Source of the DNA: the human T2T-CHM13v2.0 reference genome, Homo sapiens
Reading direction: 5' to 3' (one strand)
Length of the DNA: 64,000 nucleotides
NCBI RefSeq assembly: GCF_009914755.1
Contig: NC_060928.1
Positions 45,337 through 60,473 of this stretch are shown in pieces. Both the position numbers and the translations under genes were made by a program. How positions within the stretch are numbered: position 1 is the stretch's first letter; every line of letters starts with the position of its first letter. Under the pieces are notes generated by a model. The model was not told where the DNA came from. It did not search any database and worked only from the letters and a program-made list of their open reading frames with translations.

Positions 45337-46353
45337 TTACAATTTGGCATGATTTTGCAGTGGCTGGTACCGGTTGTTCCTTTCCGTGTTTAGTGCTTCC
45401 TTCAGGAGCTCTTGTAGGGCAGGCGTGGTGGTGACAAAATCTCTCAGTATTTGCTTGTCTGTAAAGTATTTTATTTCTCCTTCACTTAGGAAGCTTAGTT
45501 TGGCTGGATATGAAATTCTGGGTTGAAAATTATTTTCTTTAAGCATGTTGAATACTGGCCCCCACTCTCTTCTGGCTTGTAGAGTTTCTGCAGAGAGATC
45601 CGCTGTTAATCTGATGGGCTTCCCTTTGTGGGTAACCCCACCTTTCTCTCTGGCTGCCCTTAACATTTTTTCCTTCATTTCAACTTTGGTGAATCTGACA
45701 ATTATGTGTCTTGGAGTTGCTCTTCTCGAGGAGTATCTTTGTGGTGTTCTCTGTATTTCCTGAAACTGAATGTTGGCTTGCCTTGCTAGATTGGGGCAGT
45801 TCTCCTGGATAATATCCTGCAGAGTGTTTTCCAACTTGGTTCCATTCTCCCCGTCACTTTCAGGTACACCAATCAGACGTAGATTTGGTCTTTTCACATA
45901 GTTCCATATTTCTTGGAGGCTTTGTTCGTTTCTTTTTATTCTTTTTTCTCTGAACTTCCCTTCTTGCTTCATTTCATTCATTTCATCTTCCATCACTGAT
46001 ACCCTTTCTTCCAGTTGATTGCTTCGGCTCCTGAGGCTTCTGCATTCCTCACGTAGTTCTCGAGCCTTGGCTTTCAGCTCCATCAGCTCCTTTAAGCACT
46101 TCTCTGCATTGGTTATTCTAGTTATACATTTGTCTAAATTTTTTTCAAAGTTTTTAACTTCTTTGCCTTTGGTCTGAATTTCCTCCTGTAGCTCGGAGTA
46201 GTTTGATCGTCTGAAGCCTTCTTCTCTCAACTCGTCAAAGTCATTCTCCATCCAGCTTTGTTCCGTTGCTGGTGAGGAACTGCGTTCCTTTGGAGGAGGA
46301 GAGGCACTCTGCTTTTTAGAGTTTCCAGTTTTTCTGCTCTGTTTTTTCCCCAT
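45337..46353 (-). CDS. LINE-1 ORF1p, full-length open frame (338 aa)
   Basis: MGKKQSRKTGNSK...YQPLQNHAKL with no stop or frameshift. Confidence 0.9.
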   Translation of the reverse strand: MGKKQSRKTGNSKKQSASPPPKERSSSPATEQSWMENDFDELREEGFRRSNYSELQEEIQTKGKEVKNFEKNLDKCITRITNAEKCLKELMELKAKARELREECRSLRSRSNQLEERVSVMEDEMNEMKQEGKFREKRIKRNEQSLQEIWNYVKRPNLRLIGVPESDGENGTKLENTLQDIIQENCPNLARQANIQFQEIQRTPQRYSSRRATPRHIIVRFTKVEMKEKMLRAAREKGGVTHKGKPIRLTADLSAETLQARREWGPVFNMLKENNFQPRISYPAKLSFLSEGEIKYFTDKQILRDFVTTTPALQELLKEALNTERNNRYQPLQNHAKL

Positions 46354-46940
46354 CTTTGTGGTTTTATCTACTTTTGGTCCTTGATGATGGTGATGTACAG
46401 TTGGGTTTTTGGTGTGGATGTCCTTTCTGTTTGTTAGTTTTCCTTCTAACAGACAGGACCCTCAGCTGCAGGTCTGTTGGAGTTTGCTAGAGGTCCACTC
46501 CAGACCCTGTTTGCCTGGGTACCCGCAGCGGTGGCTGCAGAACAGCAGATTTTCGTGAACCGCGAATGCTGCTGTCTGATCATTCCTCGGGAAGTTTTGT
46601 CTCAGAGAAGTACCCGGCCGGCCGTGTGAGGTGTCAGTCTGCCCCTACTCGGGGGTGCCTCCCAGTCAGGCTGCTCGGGGGTCAGGGGTCAGGGACCCAC
46701 TTGAGGAGGCAGTCTGCCCTTTCTCAGATCTCCGGCTGCATGCTGGGAGAACCACTGCTCTCTTCAAAGCTGTCAGATAGGGACATTTAAGTCTGCAGAG
46801 GTTACTGCTGTCTTTTTGTTTGTCTGTGCCCTGCCCCCAGAGGTGGAGCCTACAGAGGCAGGCAGGCCTCCTTGAGCTGTGGTGGGCTCCACCCAGTTCG
46901 AGCTTCCCTGCTGCTTTGTTTACCTAAGCAAGCCTGGGCA

Positions 46941-47204
46941 ATGGCAGGCGCCCCTCCCCCAGACTCACTGCCGCCTTGCAGTTTGATCTCAGACTGCTGT
47001 GCTAGCAATCAGCAAGACTCCGTGGGCGTAGGACCCTCCCAGCCAGGTGTGGGATATAGTCTCCTGGTGTGCCTTTTTTTAAGCCGGTCGGAAAAGTGCA
47101 GTATTAGGGTGAGAGTGACCCGATTTTCCAGGTGCCGTCTGTGGCCCCTTTCTTTGACTAGGAAAGGGAACTCCCTGATCCCTTGCACTTCCCGAGTGAG
47201 GTAA
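46941..47204 (+). CDS. LINE-1 antisense ORF0-like frame of copy A (87 aa)
   Basis: MAGAPPPDSLPPCSLISDCCASNQQDSVGVGPSQPGVGYS... matches the primate L1 ORF0 N-terminus; expression not shown. Confidence 0.6.
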   Translation: MAGAPPPDSLPPCSLISDCCASNQQDSVGVGPSQPGVGYSLLVCLFLSRSEKCSIRVRVTRFSRCRLWPLSLTRKGNSLIPCTSRVR

Positions 47205-47456
47205 TGCCTCGCCCTGCTTTGGCTGGCACACGGTGCGCTGCACCCACTGTCCTGTGCCCACTGTCTGGCACTCCCTAGTGAGATGAACTCGGTACCTCAG
47301 ATGGAAATGCAGAAATCACCCGTCTTCTGCGTTGCTCACGCTGGGAGCTGTAGACCAGAGCTGTTCCCATTCGGCCATCTTGGCTCCACCTATCACATAT
47401 GTGTCAAAAAATATTTTTTTAAAGGCTGGTACTTGAAAACTTTACTTTAAGAATGA

Positions 47457-47755
47457 GGCTGGGTGCGTGGCTCACACCTGTAATTCTAGCACTTTGGGAG
47501 GCCGAGGTGGGTGGATCACTTGAGGTCAGGAATTCAAGACCAGCCTGGCCAACATGGTGAAACCCCCTCTCTATTAAAAACATAAAAATTAGCCAGGCAT
47601 GGTGGTGTGCACCTGTAATCCCAGCTATTCAGGAGGCTGAGGCACAAAAATCACTTGAACCCAGGAGGTAGAGATTGCAGTGAACCAAGGTCGCGCCACT
47701 GCCCTCCAGACTGCGGTAGAGTGAGATTCTGTTGAAAAAACAAAAGAAAAAGAAC
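47457..47755 (+). mobile_element. Alu (AluSx/Sz-like)
   Basis: Full dimer with A-rich tail. Confidence 0.92.
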
Positions 47756-48647
47756 GAAGAGTGTTTTAAACATTTAAATGAGTTAAGAGTACTAGACTAC
47801 CTTAAAATGCTAATGCTATATAAAGAGCCTGTTTTTTCTAAGGAATCCTAGTGCTTACTAAACAATAAACTTCAAAACATACTGAGAGGTAGGTGGTGTC
47901 ATCTGCATACAGCGCCAACAGGCAGCCCGAGGCAAGGAGAGTTCAATTCCCTTGCTTGTCTCCCAGGAAGACAGCAACAGAAATACCTGAAGATTAGTCA
48001 GTGTTTCCCTAGTCCACATAATAACAGAAGCATTTAGCACAAAATGCTCCTTCTCTGCAATTTTGGAAAATCACAAGATCTGTGACTTCTCAAATTTAAC
48101 AGAACAGTACTTACCATGAAGTGGCGTTTCATTTTTTATAGCCCTATAAAACATGACAGTTTATATTTTTAGAAAGGATCTGGCAATTTCCTCCCTCCCC
48201 CAATAAAAATCAAGTAATTTTATGAAGGGCATTTAAGGAGGAAATGCCTCCAATGTATCTTGCTCTGATACACTTTTTCTCTCTCTAAAGTTGTAGTAAA
48301 GATTTGCTATATTGTACTTTTCTTCTTCTTGACTTTTCTGTCCCCCTTCTCCATAAACTTTACTCCCACCACTGTCCAAGAGGAAAAAGCTTCACTGACT
48401 CCTCAAAATGTCACAGTTTATTTGTCTTACTGAGAGTCTGAAGAGGCTTTATAAAATAAGGCAGTATTGTCTCATCATGATCATTTGAATAAGCATGAGG
48501 TTTGCTCTAAATTACCAAACAAAGTATAACAGGTTATATGTAAGGAAAGGCACAATCTTATTTTAGGCTAAATTCCCCCTGAAGAAGCTTGTCTATAGTA
48601 CTATGAACATATAGAGATAGAGATAGGATTTCCTGCTTAGTCTTTTC

Positions 48648-49630
48648 TTTCTTTCTTTTTTTTTTTGGATGTGGGCAAACCTCATTTTAATTGCAAAAGA
48701 CTTAATTTACAGCACATTCAATAATGAACCAACAGGAGAGTTGCTGACTTTGGAACATATGAATATATAAAAATTCCTTGCAATTCAGGTAGTCAAGATA
48801 AAAAGTGCATACAAGGAAAGCAATCCTCATTTTTCTGAAAATGTTTACATTTTAAAAGGTGAGTAGACATACTTGGAAGTTCAAAGCAGTAGGATGTAGC
48901 TTGCAGGGAAAGGAAAACCCTTTTCCATGTTGTTAGGCAAAAGTATATCAAATATATCCCAATTCCACTTGATAAAGTCAGTTGGATGACCTCCTTGAAC
49001 CAAGCTAGGCAGAACACTTAGTAAAAGCGGGCCCTGGGTGGGGATGCAAATCCAGGAGAAGAGGGGCACCAGATCCCATGCAGTGCCAAACACATCCATT
49101 CCACCCTCTAACACATATGAGGCACATCGCCCCATGTCCCTGGACACAAGATCCACGAGAACAGTCAGCAGATGATCACTGCTCCCATGGCCTGGTGCTT
49201 TCTAATGGTCTTAATACAGGCCATGGAGAAAATCCTTTACTACCAAAGGCAAACTGTCATTGAACTTAAGTCATAAAGGATGTTGTGGGGGAAATTCTTG
49301 TAACACATACATAGGGACTTCTATTTACCTAATTAGAACAATGATTACACAATTGACATTCCTGTTTCCATAAGGTTTTGTTCTCTATGCTGGAATGGCT
49401 GAAGGAAAAGTTGTCTATTTTTGGTTTTATTTTACATTTTCAAAAGAGAGGGAACAGAGAGAAAAATGCCCAACTTTGGGGCCCAGCAGGTACAAAAGCA
49501 GACTTCCCTGACTCTAGATCCATCAGATTTGGGGGATGTTTCACTGCCTAGGGAAGGTTAGTGAAGCCCGTTATATCCCCAATCCTACAGGAAGAATTCT
49601 GCAGTTAATCTATCACAGTGTTCTAGCAAA
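48648..49630 (-). pseudogene. 5'-truncated processed retrocopy consisting only of 3' UTR, probably LAPTM4B-derived
   Basis: Poly(T) to 48666; ATTAAA on the minus strand (48686-48691) ~20 nt from the tail; 16-bp TSD cctgcttag(t/c)cttttc at 48632-48647 and 49631-49646. The body resembles the LAPTM4B 3' UTR as I recall it. Confidence 0.82.
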
Positions 49631-50672
49631 CCTGCTTAGCCTTTTCTCAGCATCACCTTTTCTAGAAAAAAATATTGATTTGGATACTTGAGCTATAAGT
49701 GTAATCTTCAGGGGTAGTTGTTCAACGCAGAGTGCATGTGTCAGGAAGTAAAGGGCCATCCTTGGTACTGCCCCTGCCCCCACTTGGATGAAGCAATCAT
49801 TGTTGAAACAACGTAGAAAACCAAATCACAGTATTCTGCAGAAGCTTTGCAGCACCTAGAGCTGATCCTCGACCTGTCAGGACTAGCCTCATTTTAAGAG
49901 GTTGGCTTGGTAGTTTTTCTTGTTGATCTACATGTCATTCATACCACAGCTTTCTGCCAGACCAGTACATAGGACAGAGAACAATAATAGTTTAAAAATA
50001 AATAAAAGGGGTATATTTTTTCCATAACTTTTTATTATTTGGACGTTTATGGCAATTAGATGCCTCTTTATCCTTGAATTCAAAAGTTCTCTCTCTCTGG
50101 TTTTATCTACAGTAACTATGGCTATGATAAGTAGCAATACAAAATGCCTATGATTTATTGAAGTTGATGCTTAATAAAAGGCTGATGAAAGGAAAAAGAA
50201 TCCTAATTTTGTGATAAAACCACCAAAACTCAATGCCCAGCTAAGATAAACCCCATGTTCAGCATGAACTTGATAAAGAAAATCACAAAAAAGAGTGGCA
50301 GAAATTTCATGTCCGGCAGTGTTCTCTGGTTGTGATGTTTAAAATTTTCATATTTCGAATGAAACTCATCTGGTTCTTCTACAATACATTTGAATAAGCA
50401 ATGTATCTGAATTTCTCATTTTGTATACAAAGGAAGACTGAGAAATGAATAAGAATTAACTGTTCAAGTTCCAAAATGCTATCATGTAGGAAAAAGCAGA
50501 TTTTTAGGAACAGATAGGAACAGATTTTATAGATACTTTGCCCGAGGAGGTTGCAAACAAACAATACATTTAGCTTTCACTTTTTACAGTATGAATAAAT
50601 ATTTTTTCTCAAAAATAAGTCTTATATGAATTTGTAACATGTTCCTATTTTATCATTACTCTGCTATAGAAT

Positions 50673-51036
50673 TGTCTTAGTCTGTTCCTGCTGCTATAAC
50701 AGAATACCTCGATTATCTATGAAGAACAGAAATATGTTTTCTGAGTTCTGGAGTTGGAGTCCAAGATCAAGGCACTAGGAAACTTGGTATCTCACAAGAG
50801 CTGCACTCTGCTTCCAATATGGCACCTCTAGCTGCATCCACACATGGCAGAAAGAATGGAAGAGTTGAACTCACCTCTTCAAGCCTTCTTATAAAACACG
50901 AATCCCATCAATGAGGGTGAACCCTCATCACTTCCTAAGGCTAATCACTTCCTAAAGGCTCCACCTCTTAATATTGTTACATTGGGGATTAAGTTTCACG
51001 TGAATTTTGGAGGGGACAAACTTCCAAATCAAAGCA
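50673..51036 (-). mobile_element. MaLR solo LTR (MLT1A/MST-type)
   Basis: tgtcttagtctgttcctgctgctataac...gtccaagatcaaggc...tgaattttggaggggacaaac...agca; ~365 bp. Confidence 0.82.
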
Positions 51037-51079
51037 ATGGAACAATTTAAGAATTATTCTTAAAACAAAACACATTTAA

Positions 51080-51345
51080 AAATAACTAATACAAATATAT
51101 AGTTAGATAAAAGAAATAAGATGTAGTGTTAGATCAATAGGGTGGCTATATTTACAATAATCTATTGTACTTTTCAAAATAGCTGGAGAGAATAGTTTGA
51201 ATGTTTCAAGCAAAACGAAATGACAAATATTTAAGGTGATAAATATGCAAAGTACACTGATTTGATCTTTACAAATTATTTGAATGTATTATCACATGTA
51301 CCCCAAAACTATGTGCATCTATCATGCATCATTAAAAAAACTTTT
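51080..51345 (+). mobile_element. L1MA 3' UTR fragment
   Basis: aaggtgataaatatgc...tgatttgatc...cacatgtacccc...attaaaaaaa. Confidence 0.75.
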
Positions 51346-52194
51346 AAAAAATTTAAAAATAGTCATTCCAGAATTAAAAAAAGGTGTGGGGTACAGTGAG
51401 GAGTTCTGAGGAAGACTGAATTTTAGCCATAAGTATAAAACAAATGTTTTTACTAACATGAAAAGATTGATATTTATTTCACAAATATTTAAATAAAATA
51501 TGTGTATTGCATTCACTGCAAAAATTTCTCTTCAGTCATAAATTACCCCAATTTAACATTTTCTCTAAGTTATTATCATTTGAGGTTATCAATGGCAAGA
51601 TTTTATTTTAATCCAAGAAAATTGGAGTTTTTGTCAGTATATTTAAAGTTCACCAGGTAAAGGTCATGATGATTTTTAATTTCTCTGACAAAGGGAAACA
51701 TGCAATTTCATCAGCATGAGTGGTCAGCAGATATAATAACATTAATTGTTTCTGTTTCTGCCCTCGACTTTTTAACAGAGAATACCAAATTCTACTTTTG
51801 CATTGATGTACTACTAAAATTAATTTTTAATAAAACTTTATAACAAATCCATCCAATCTCAGTCAGCTTTGACTAAACAAGATACAATTTTCACAATTCT
51901 TTTGCAACTCCATTAATTTGTTTTCACTTAGGCAATTAAGCAATTTGTATGAATTCAAAAAACCATTTTGGTAAGTTTCTATTTTTCTGAGAGTTTTATG
52001 AATACTTAATTTGTTTGAGTGCTCATTTACTCCTAAGCCAATTTGGGTATTTTAGATTTGCAATGCCATTGAATGTAGAAAAATATCATGTATACCTATC
52101 ATACAAACATAGATATATACATGTACACATACATAAACATACAGACAGATGCAACCAGATCTTATGGCATTTTATTTTAAAAATTTTAGTCACG

Positions 52195-52963
52195 GAATAA
52201 ATAACAGATGGTGATGAGAATACAGAGAAAAGGGAACACTTATACACTATTGGTGGGAATGTAAGTTAGTACAGTCAGTACGAAAAACAGTATGGAGTTT
52301 ACTCATAAAATGAAAACTGGAACTACCGTATGATCCAGCCAATCCCACTGCTGGGTCTGTAGCCAAAAGAAAGGAAATCAGTACATAGAAGAGCTAACTG
52401 TACTCCCATGTTCATTGCAGCATTATTTACAGTAGCCAAGAAATGACATTAACCTAAGTTTCATCAAAGGATGACTAAATAAAGACAATGCAGTATATAT
52501 ACACAATGTAGTACTATTATTCAGCTGTTAAAAATAATCCTTTCATTTGTAGCAACATGGATGAGCCTAGAAGACATTATGTTAAATGAAATAACCCAGG
52601 CACAGAAAGAAAAATTTTGCATGTTCTCACGGATATGTAGGAGCTAAAGAAAAAGTTGATCTCTTGGAGGTAGGGAATAAAATGGTGATTACCAGAAGTT
52701 GGGAAGGAAAAGGGGAAGAAGTGTACAAAGCGTGTGGTTAATGAGTACAAAAATACAGTTAGATAGAAGGAATAAATTCTAGTGTTCAATACCATAGTAG
52801 GGTGAATACAGGTATTAATAATTTATTGCATACTTCAAAATAGATAGAAGAGAATATCTAGAATGTTCTTAACACAAAGAAATACTAAATGAGGTGATGG
52901 ATGTCCTAATTACTCCGAGTTGATCATTACACATTGTCAGCGTGTATCAAAATATCTCATGCA
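52195..52963 (+). mobile_element. Old L1MA 3' fragment, left part (host of L1 copy B)
   Basis: Degenerate ORF2 end and L1MA 3' UTR, interrupted at tatcaaaatatctcatgca. Confidence 0.85.
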
Positions 52964-54001
52964 TTCAGCTGGGAGCCAAGATGGCCGAATAGGAACAGCT
53001 CCAGTCTACAGTTCCCAGCGTGAGTGATGCAGAAGATGGGTGATTTCTGCATTTCCATCTGAGGTACTGGGTTCATCTCATTAGGGAGTGCCAGACCGTG
53101 GGTGCAGGACAGTGGGTGCAGCGCACTCTGTGCGAGCCGAAGCAGGGCGAGGCATTGCCTCACTCGGGAAGCACAAGGGGTCAGGGAGTTCCCTTTCCTA
53201 GTCAAAGAAAGGGGTGACAGACAGCACCTGAAAAATTGGATCACTCCTACCCTAATACTGTGCTTTTCCAATGGGCTTAAAAAACGGCACACCAGGAGAT
53301 TATATCCCACACCTGGCTCAGAGGGTCCTATGCCCACAGAGTCTCACTGATTGCTAGCACAGCAGTCTGAGATCAAACTGCAAGGCGGCAGTGAGTCTGG
53401 AGGAGGGGCGCCTGCCATTGCCCAGGCTTGCTTAGGTAAACAAAGCAGCAGGGAAGCTCGAACTGGGTGGAGCCCACCACAGCTCAAGGAGGCCTGCCTG
53501 CCTCTGTAGGCTCCACCTCTGGGGGCAGGGCACAGACAAACAAAAAGACAGCAGTAACCTCTGCAGACTTAAATGTCCCTATCTGACAGCTTTGAAGAGA
53601 GCAGTGGTTCTCCCAGCAGGTAGCTGGAGATCTGAGAACGGGCAGACTGCCTCCTCAAGTGGGTCCCTGACCCCTGACCCCCGAGCAGCCTGACTGGGAG
53701 GCACCCCCGAGTAGGGGCAGACTGACACCTCACACGGCCGGGTACTTCTCTGAGACAAAACTTCCCGAGGAATGATCAGACAGCAGCATTCGCGGTTCAC
53801 GAAAATCTGCTGTTCTGCAGCCACCGCTGCGGGTACCCAGGCAAACAGGGTCTGGAGTGGACCTCTAGCAAACTCCAACAGACCTGCAGCTGAGGGTCCT
53901 GTCTGTTAGAAGGAAAACTAACAAACAGAAAGGACATCCACACCAAAAACCCAACTGTACATCACCATCATCAAGGACCAAAAGTAGATAAAACCACAAA
54001 G

Positions 54002-55017
54002 ATGGGGAAAAACAAAGCAGAAAAACTGGAAACTCTAAAGAGCAGAGTGCCTCTCCTCCTCCAAAGGAAAGCAGTTCCTCACCAGCAACGGAACAAAGCT
54101 GGATGGAGAATGACTTTGACGAGTTGAGAGAAGAAGACTTCAGACGATCAAACTACTCCGAGCTACAGGAGGAAATTCAGACCAAAGGCAAAGAAGTTAA
54201 AAACTTTGAAAAAAATTTAGACAAATGTATAACTAGAATAACCAATGCAGAGAAGTGCTTAAAGGAGCTGATGGAGCTGAAAGCCAAGGCTCGAGAACTA
54301 CATGAGGAATGCAGAAGCCTCAGGAGCCGATGCGATCAACTGGAAGAAAGGGTATCAGTGATGGAAGATGAAATGAATGAAATGAAGCAAGAAGGGAAGT
54401 TCAGAGAAAAAAGAATAAAAAGAAACGAACAAAGCCTCCACGAAATATGGGACTATGTGAAAAGACCAAATCTACATCTGATTGGTGTACCTGAAAGTGA
54501 CGGGGAGAATGGAACCAAGTTGGAAAACACTCTACAGGATATTATCCAGGAGAACTTCCCCAATCTAGCAAGGCAGGCCAACATTCAGTTTCAGGAAATA
54601 CAGAGAACACCACAAAGATACTCCTCGAGAAGAGCATCTCCAAGACACATAATTGTCAGATTCACCAAAGTTGAAATGAAGGAAAAAATGTTAAGGGCAG
54701 CCAGAGAGAAAGGTGGGGTTACCCACAAAGGGAAGCCCATCAGACTAACAGAGGATCTCTCGACAGAAACTCTACAAGCCAGAAGAGAGTGGGGGCCAGT
54801 ATTCAACATGCCTAAAGAAAATAATTTTCAACCCAGAATTTCATATCCAGCCAAACTAAGCTTCCTAAGTGAAGGAGAAATAAAATACTTTACAGACAAG
54901 CAAATACTGAGAGATTTTGTCACCACCACGCCTGCCCTAGAAGAGCTCCTGAAGGAAGCACTAAACACGGAAAGGAACAACCGGTACCAGCCACTGCAAA
55001 ATCATGCCAAATTGTAA
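54002..55017 (+). pseudogene. LINE-1 ORF1 of copy B, 1-nt deletion in codon 4 (304-aa frame remains from ATG 54103)
   Basis: atggggaaaaacaaag has five A versus six in copy A. Confidence 0.88.
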
Positions 55018-55080
55018 AGACCATCAAGGCTAGGAAGAAACTGCATCAACTAACGAGCAAAATAACCAGCTAACATCATA

Positions 55081-58918
<3,838 letters not shown>

Positions 58919-59169
58919 ACAATGAGAACACATGGACACAGGAAGGGGAACATCACACTCTGGGGACTGTTGTGGGGTGGGGGGAGTGGGGAGGGATAGC
59001 ATTAGGAGATATAACTAATGCTAAATGACGTGTTAATGGGTGCAGCACACCAACATGGCACATGTATACATATGTAACAAAACTGCACATTGTGCACATG
59101 TACCCTAAAACTTAAAGTATAATAATAAGGAAATAAAATTTAAAAAAAGAACATAAAAAATCTCATGCA

Positions 59170-59216
59170 CTGCATAAATATGTACAATTATTATGTATCA
59201 ATTGAAAAATGTAAAA
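59170..59216 (+). mobile_element. Old L1MA 3' terminus, right part of the element split by copy B
   Basis: cataaatatgtacaattattatgtatcaattgaaaaat continues the L1MA 3' UTR interrupted at 52963. Confidence 0.8.
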
Positions 59217-60070
59217 ATTTTAGTCATGAAGCAGTAAAACAAAGTAATAGAAACTCACTGGTTTATCTCTATATTTTTAACCAAATTGTATTTCTGACAA
59301 AAATGGCACAAGTCAAGCTTACCTATTCAATAAGGGCTAAAGCTTTTTACCAATATTTGTGGAGAAGGATTTAATTTTTTTTCATTTTCCCAGTTTCCCA
59401 ATAGTTCCTTTTAAATTCTCTTTTCAACCTCAAGTACTTGCCTTTGAGGGAACTCTGAATCCCTTGAGAGTCCCCAGTGGAGGGTAGGGTGCCTAAAGTT
59501 CCAGTGACCAAGGAGCTGGGGTGGGAAGGGAAAGGTGCTAGCAGGAGTAGACATTGCTGGCAGAGCAGATTGTCAGCAGAGGTTCAAGAAGAGAGATTTC
59601 AGGTGACAGAGAAGTTCCCATGAGACCCAATACAAAGGACAGAGGAAACAGAATAGAGAGGTCTTACAGAGCTAGGAAAAGGACTTCCAGCTCATAGTCA
59701 GTGAATCATCCCCACTCAGGAAAAGAAAGCCAGGAAGAAGAGATTTCTAGCCCAGGGAATTGGGGAATAATTCCCACTCCCAAAAAGGAGGCAGGAAGAA
59801 GAGCTTCCAGCCCAAGAGATACCTTTCAAAAGAAGCCTGGGGACTGGAACCCAGCCCCAAAAAGTATACTTATACCTTTAGAATCAACATCTGTCCTTGC
59901 CAGCTTCAAGGAATGTTTGTCTGGAACAATGGTTCAGAAGTCTGAGTTACCAGCGAATCCTCAGTCAGTCAAGAGAGAAGACAAAGGAAAGGCACACATT
60001 CAGTGTCCTAGGTGAGAGTCCTGGGGGTCCAATGATGAGTCTAATCCTATCTGAGTCACAGCACAATAAC

Positions 60071-60469
60071 TGTTGAAGAAAAAATTACTTCATAATATTC
60101 TTTAAAGCAACTCAGGACCATTGCAATAGGTATAGGGACCATTGCAGTGGGGAAGTGCAGTGGGGAGAGAGAATGGGTTCAACCATGAATACAACATAGG
60201 CAAGTGGGAATTTATAGCCAAGGGGCAGTAAGAGGATGCTGGCTAAACCAACTAAATGGGATTCTTGATCAGACATCACCTTGGGGATGATGGAAGATAA
60301 AGAACCTGCTCATACCAAGTATGACCAGATATCAAGGATAAGCGTTCTTACTAAACTAACTTAGCAGGATTCTTTGCTAAAACTGGATTGTACAAGGAAG
60401 TATACAAATGGACCTAGCAGAAGACTCAGAAGCCTGACTAAAGTTTGGCCAAGCAAAGAATCTTTGACG
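60071..60469 (-). mobile_element. ERV1 solo LTR, MER31-like
   Basis: tgttgaagaaaaaatta...caggaccattgcaataggtatagggacc...gcctgactaaagtttggccaagcaaagaatctttg. Confidence 0.75.
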
Positions 60470-60473
60470 TTAG

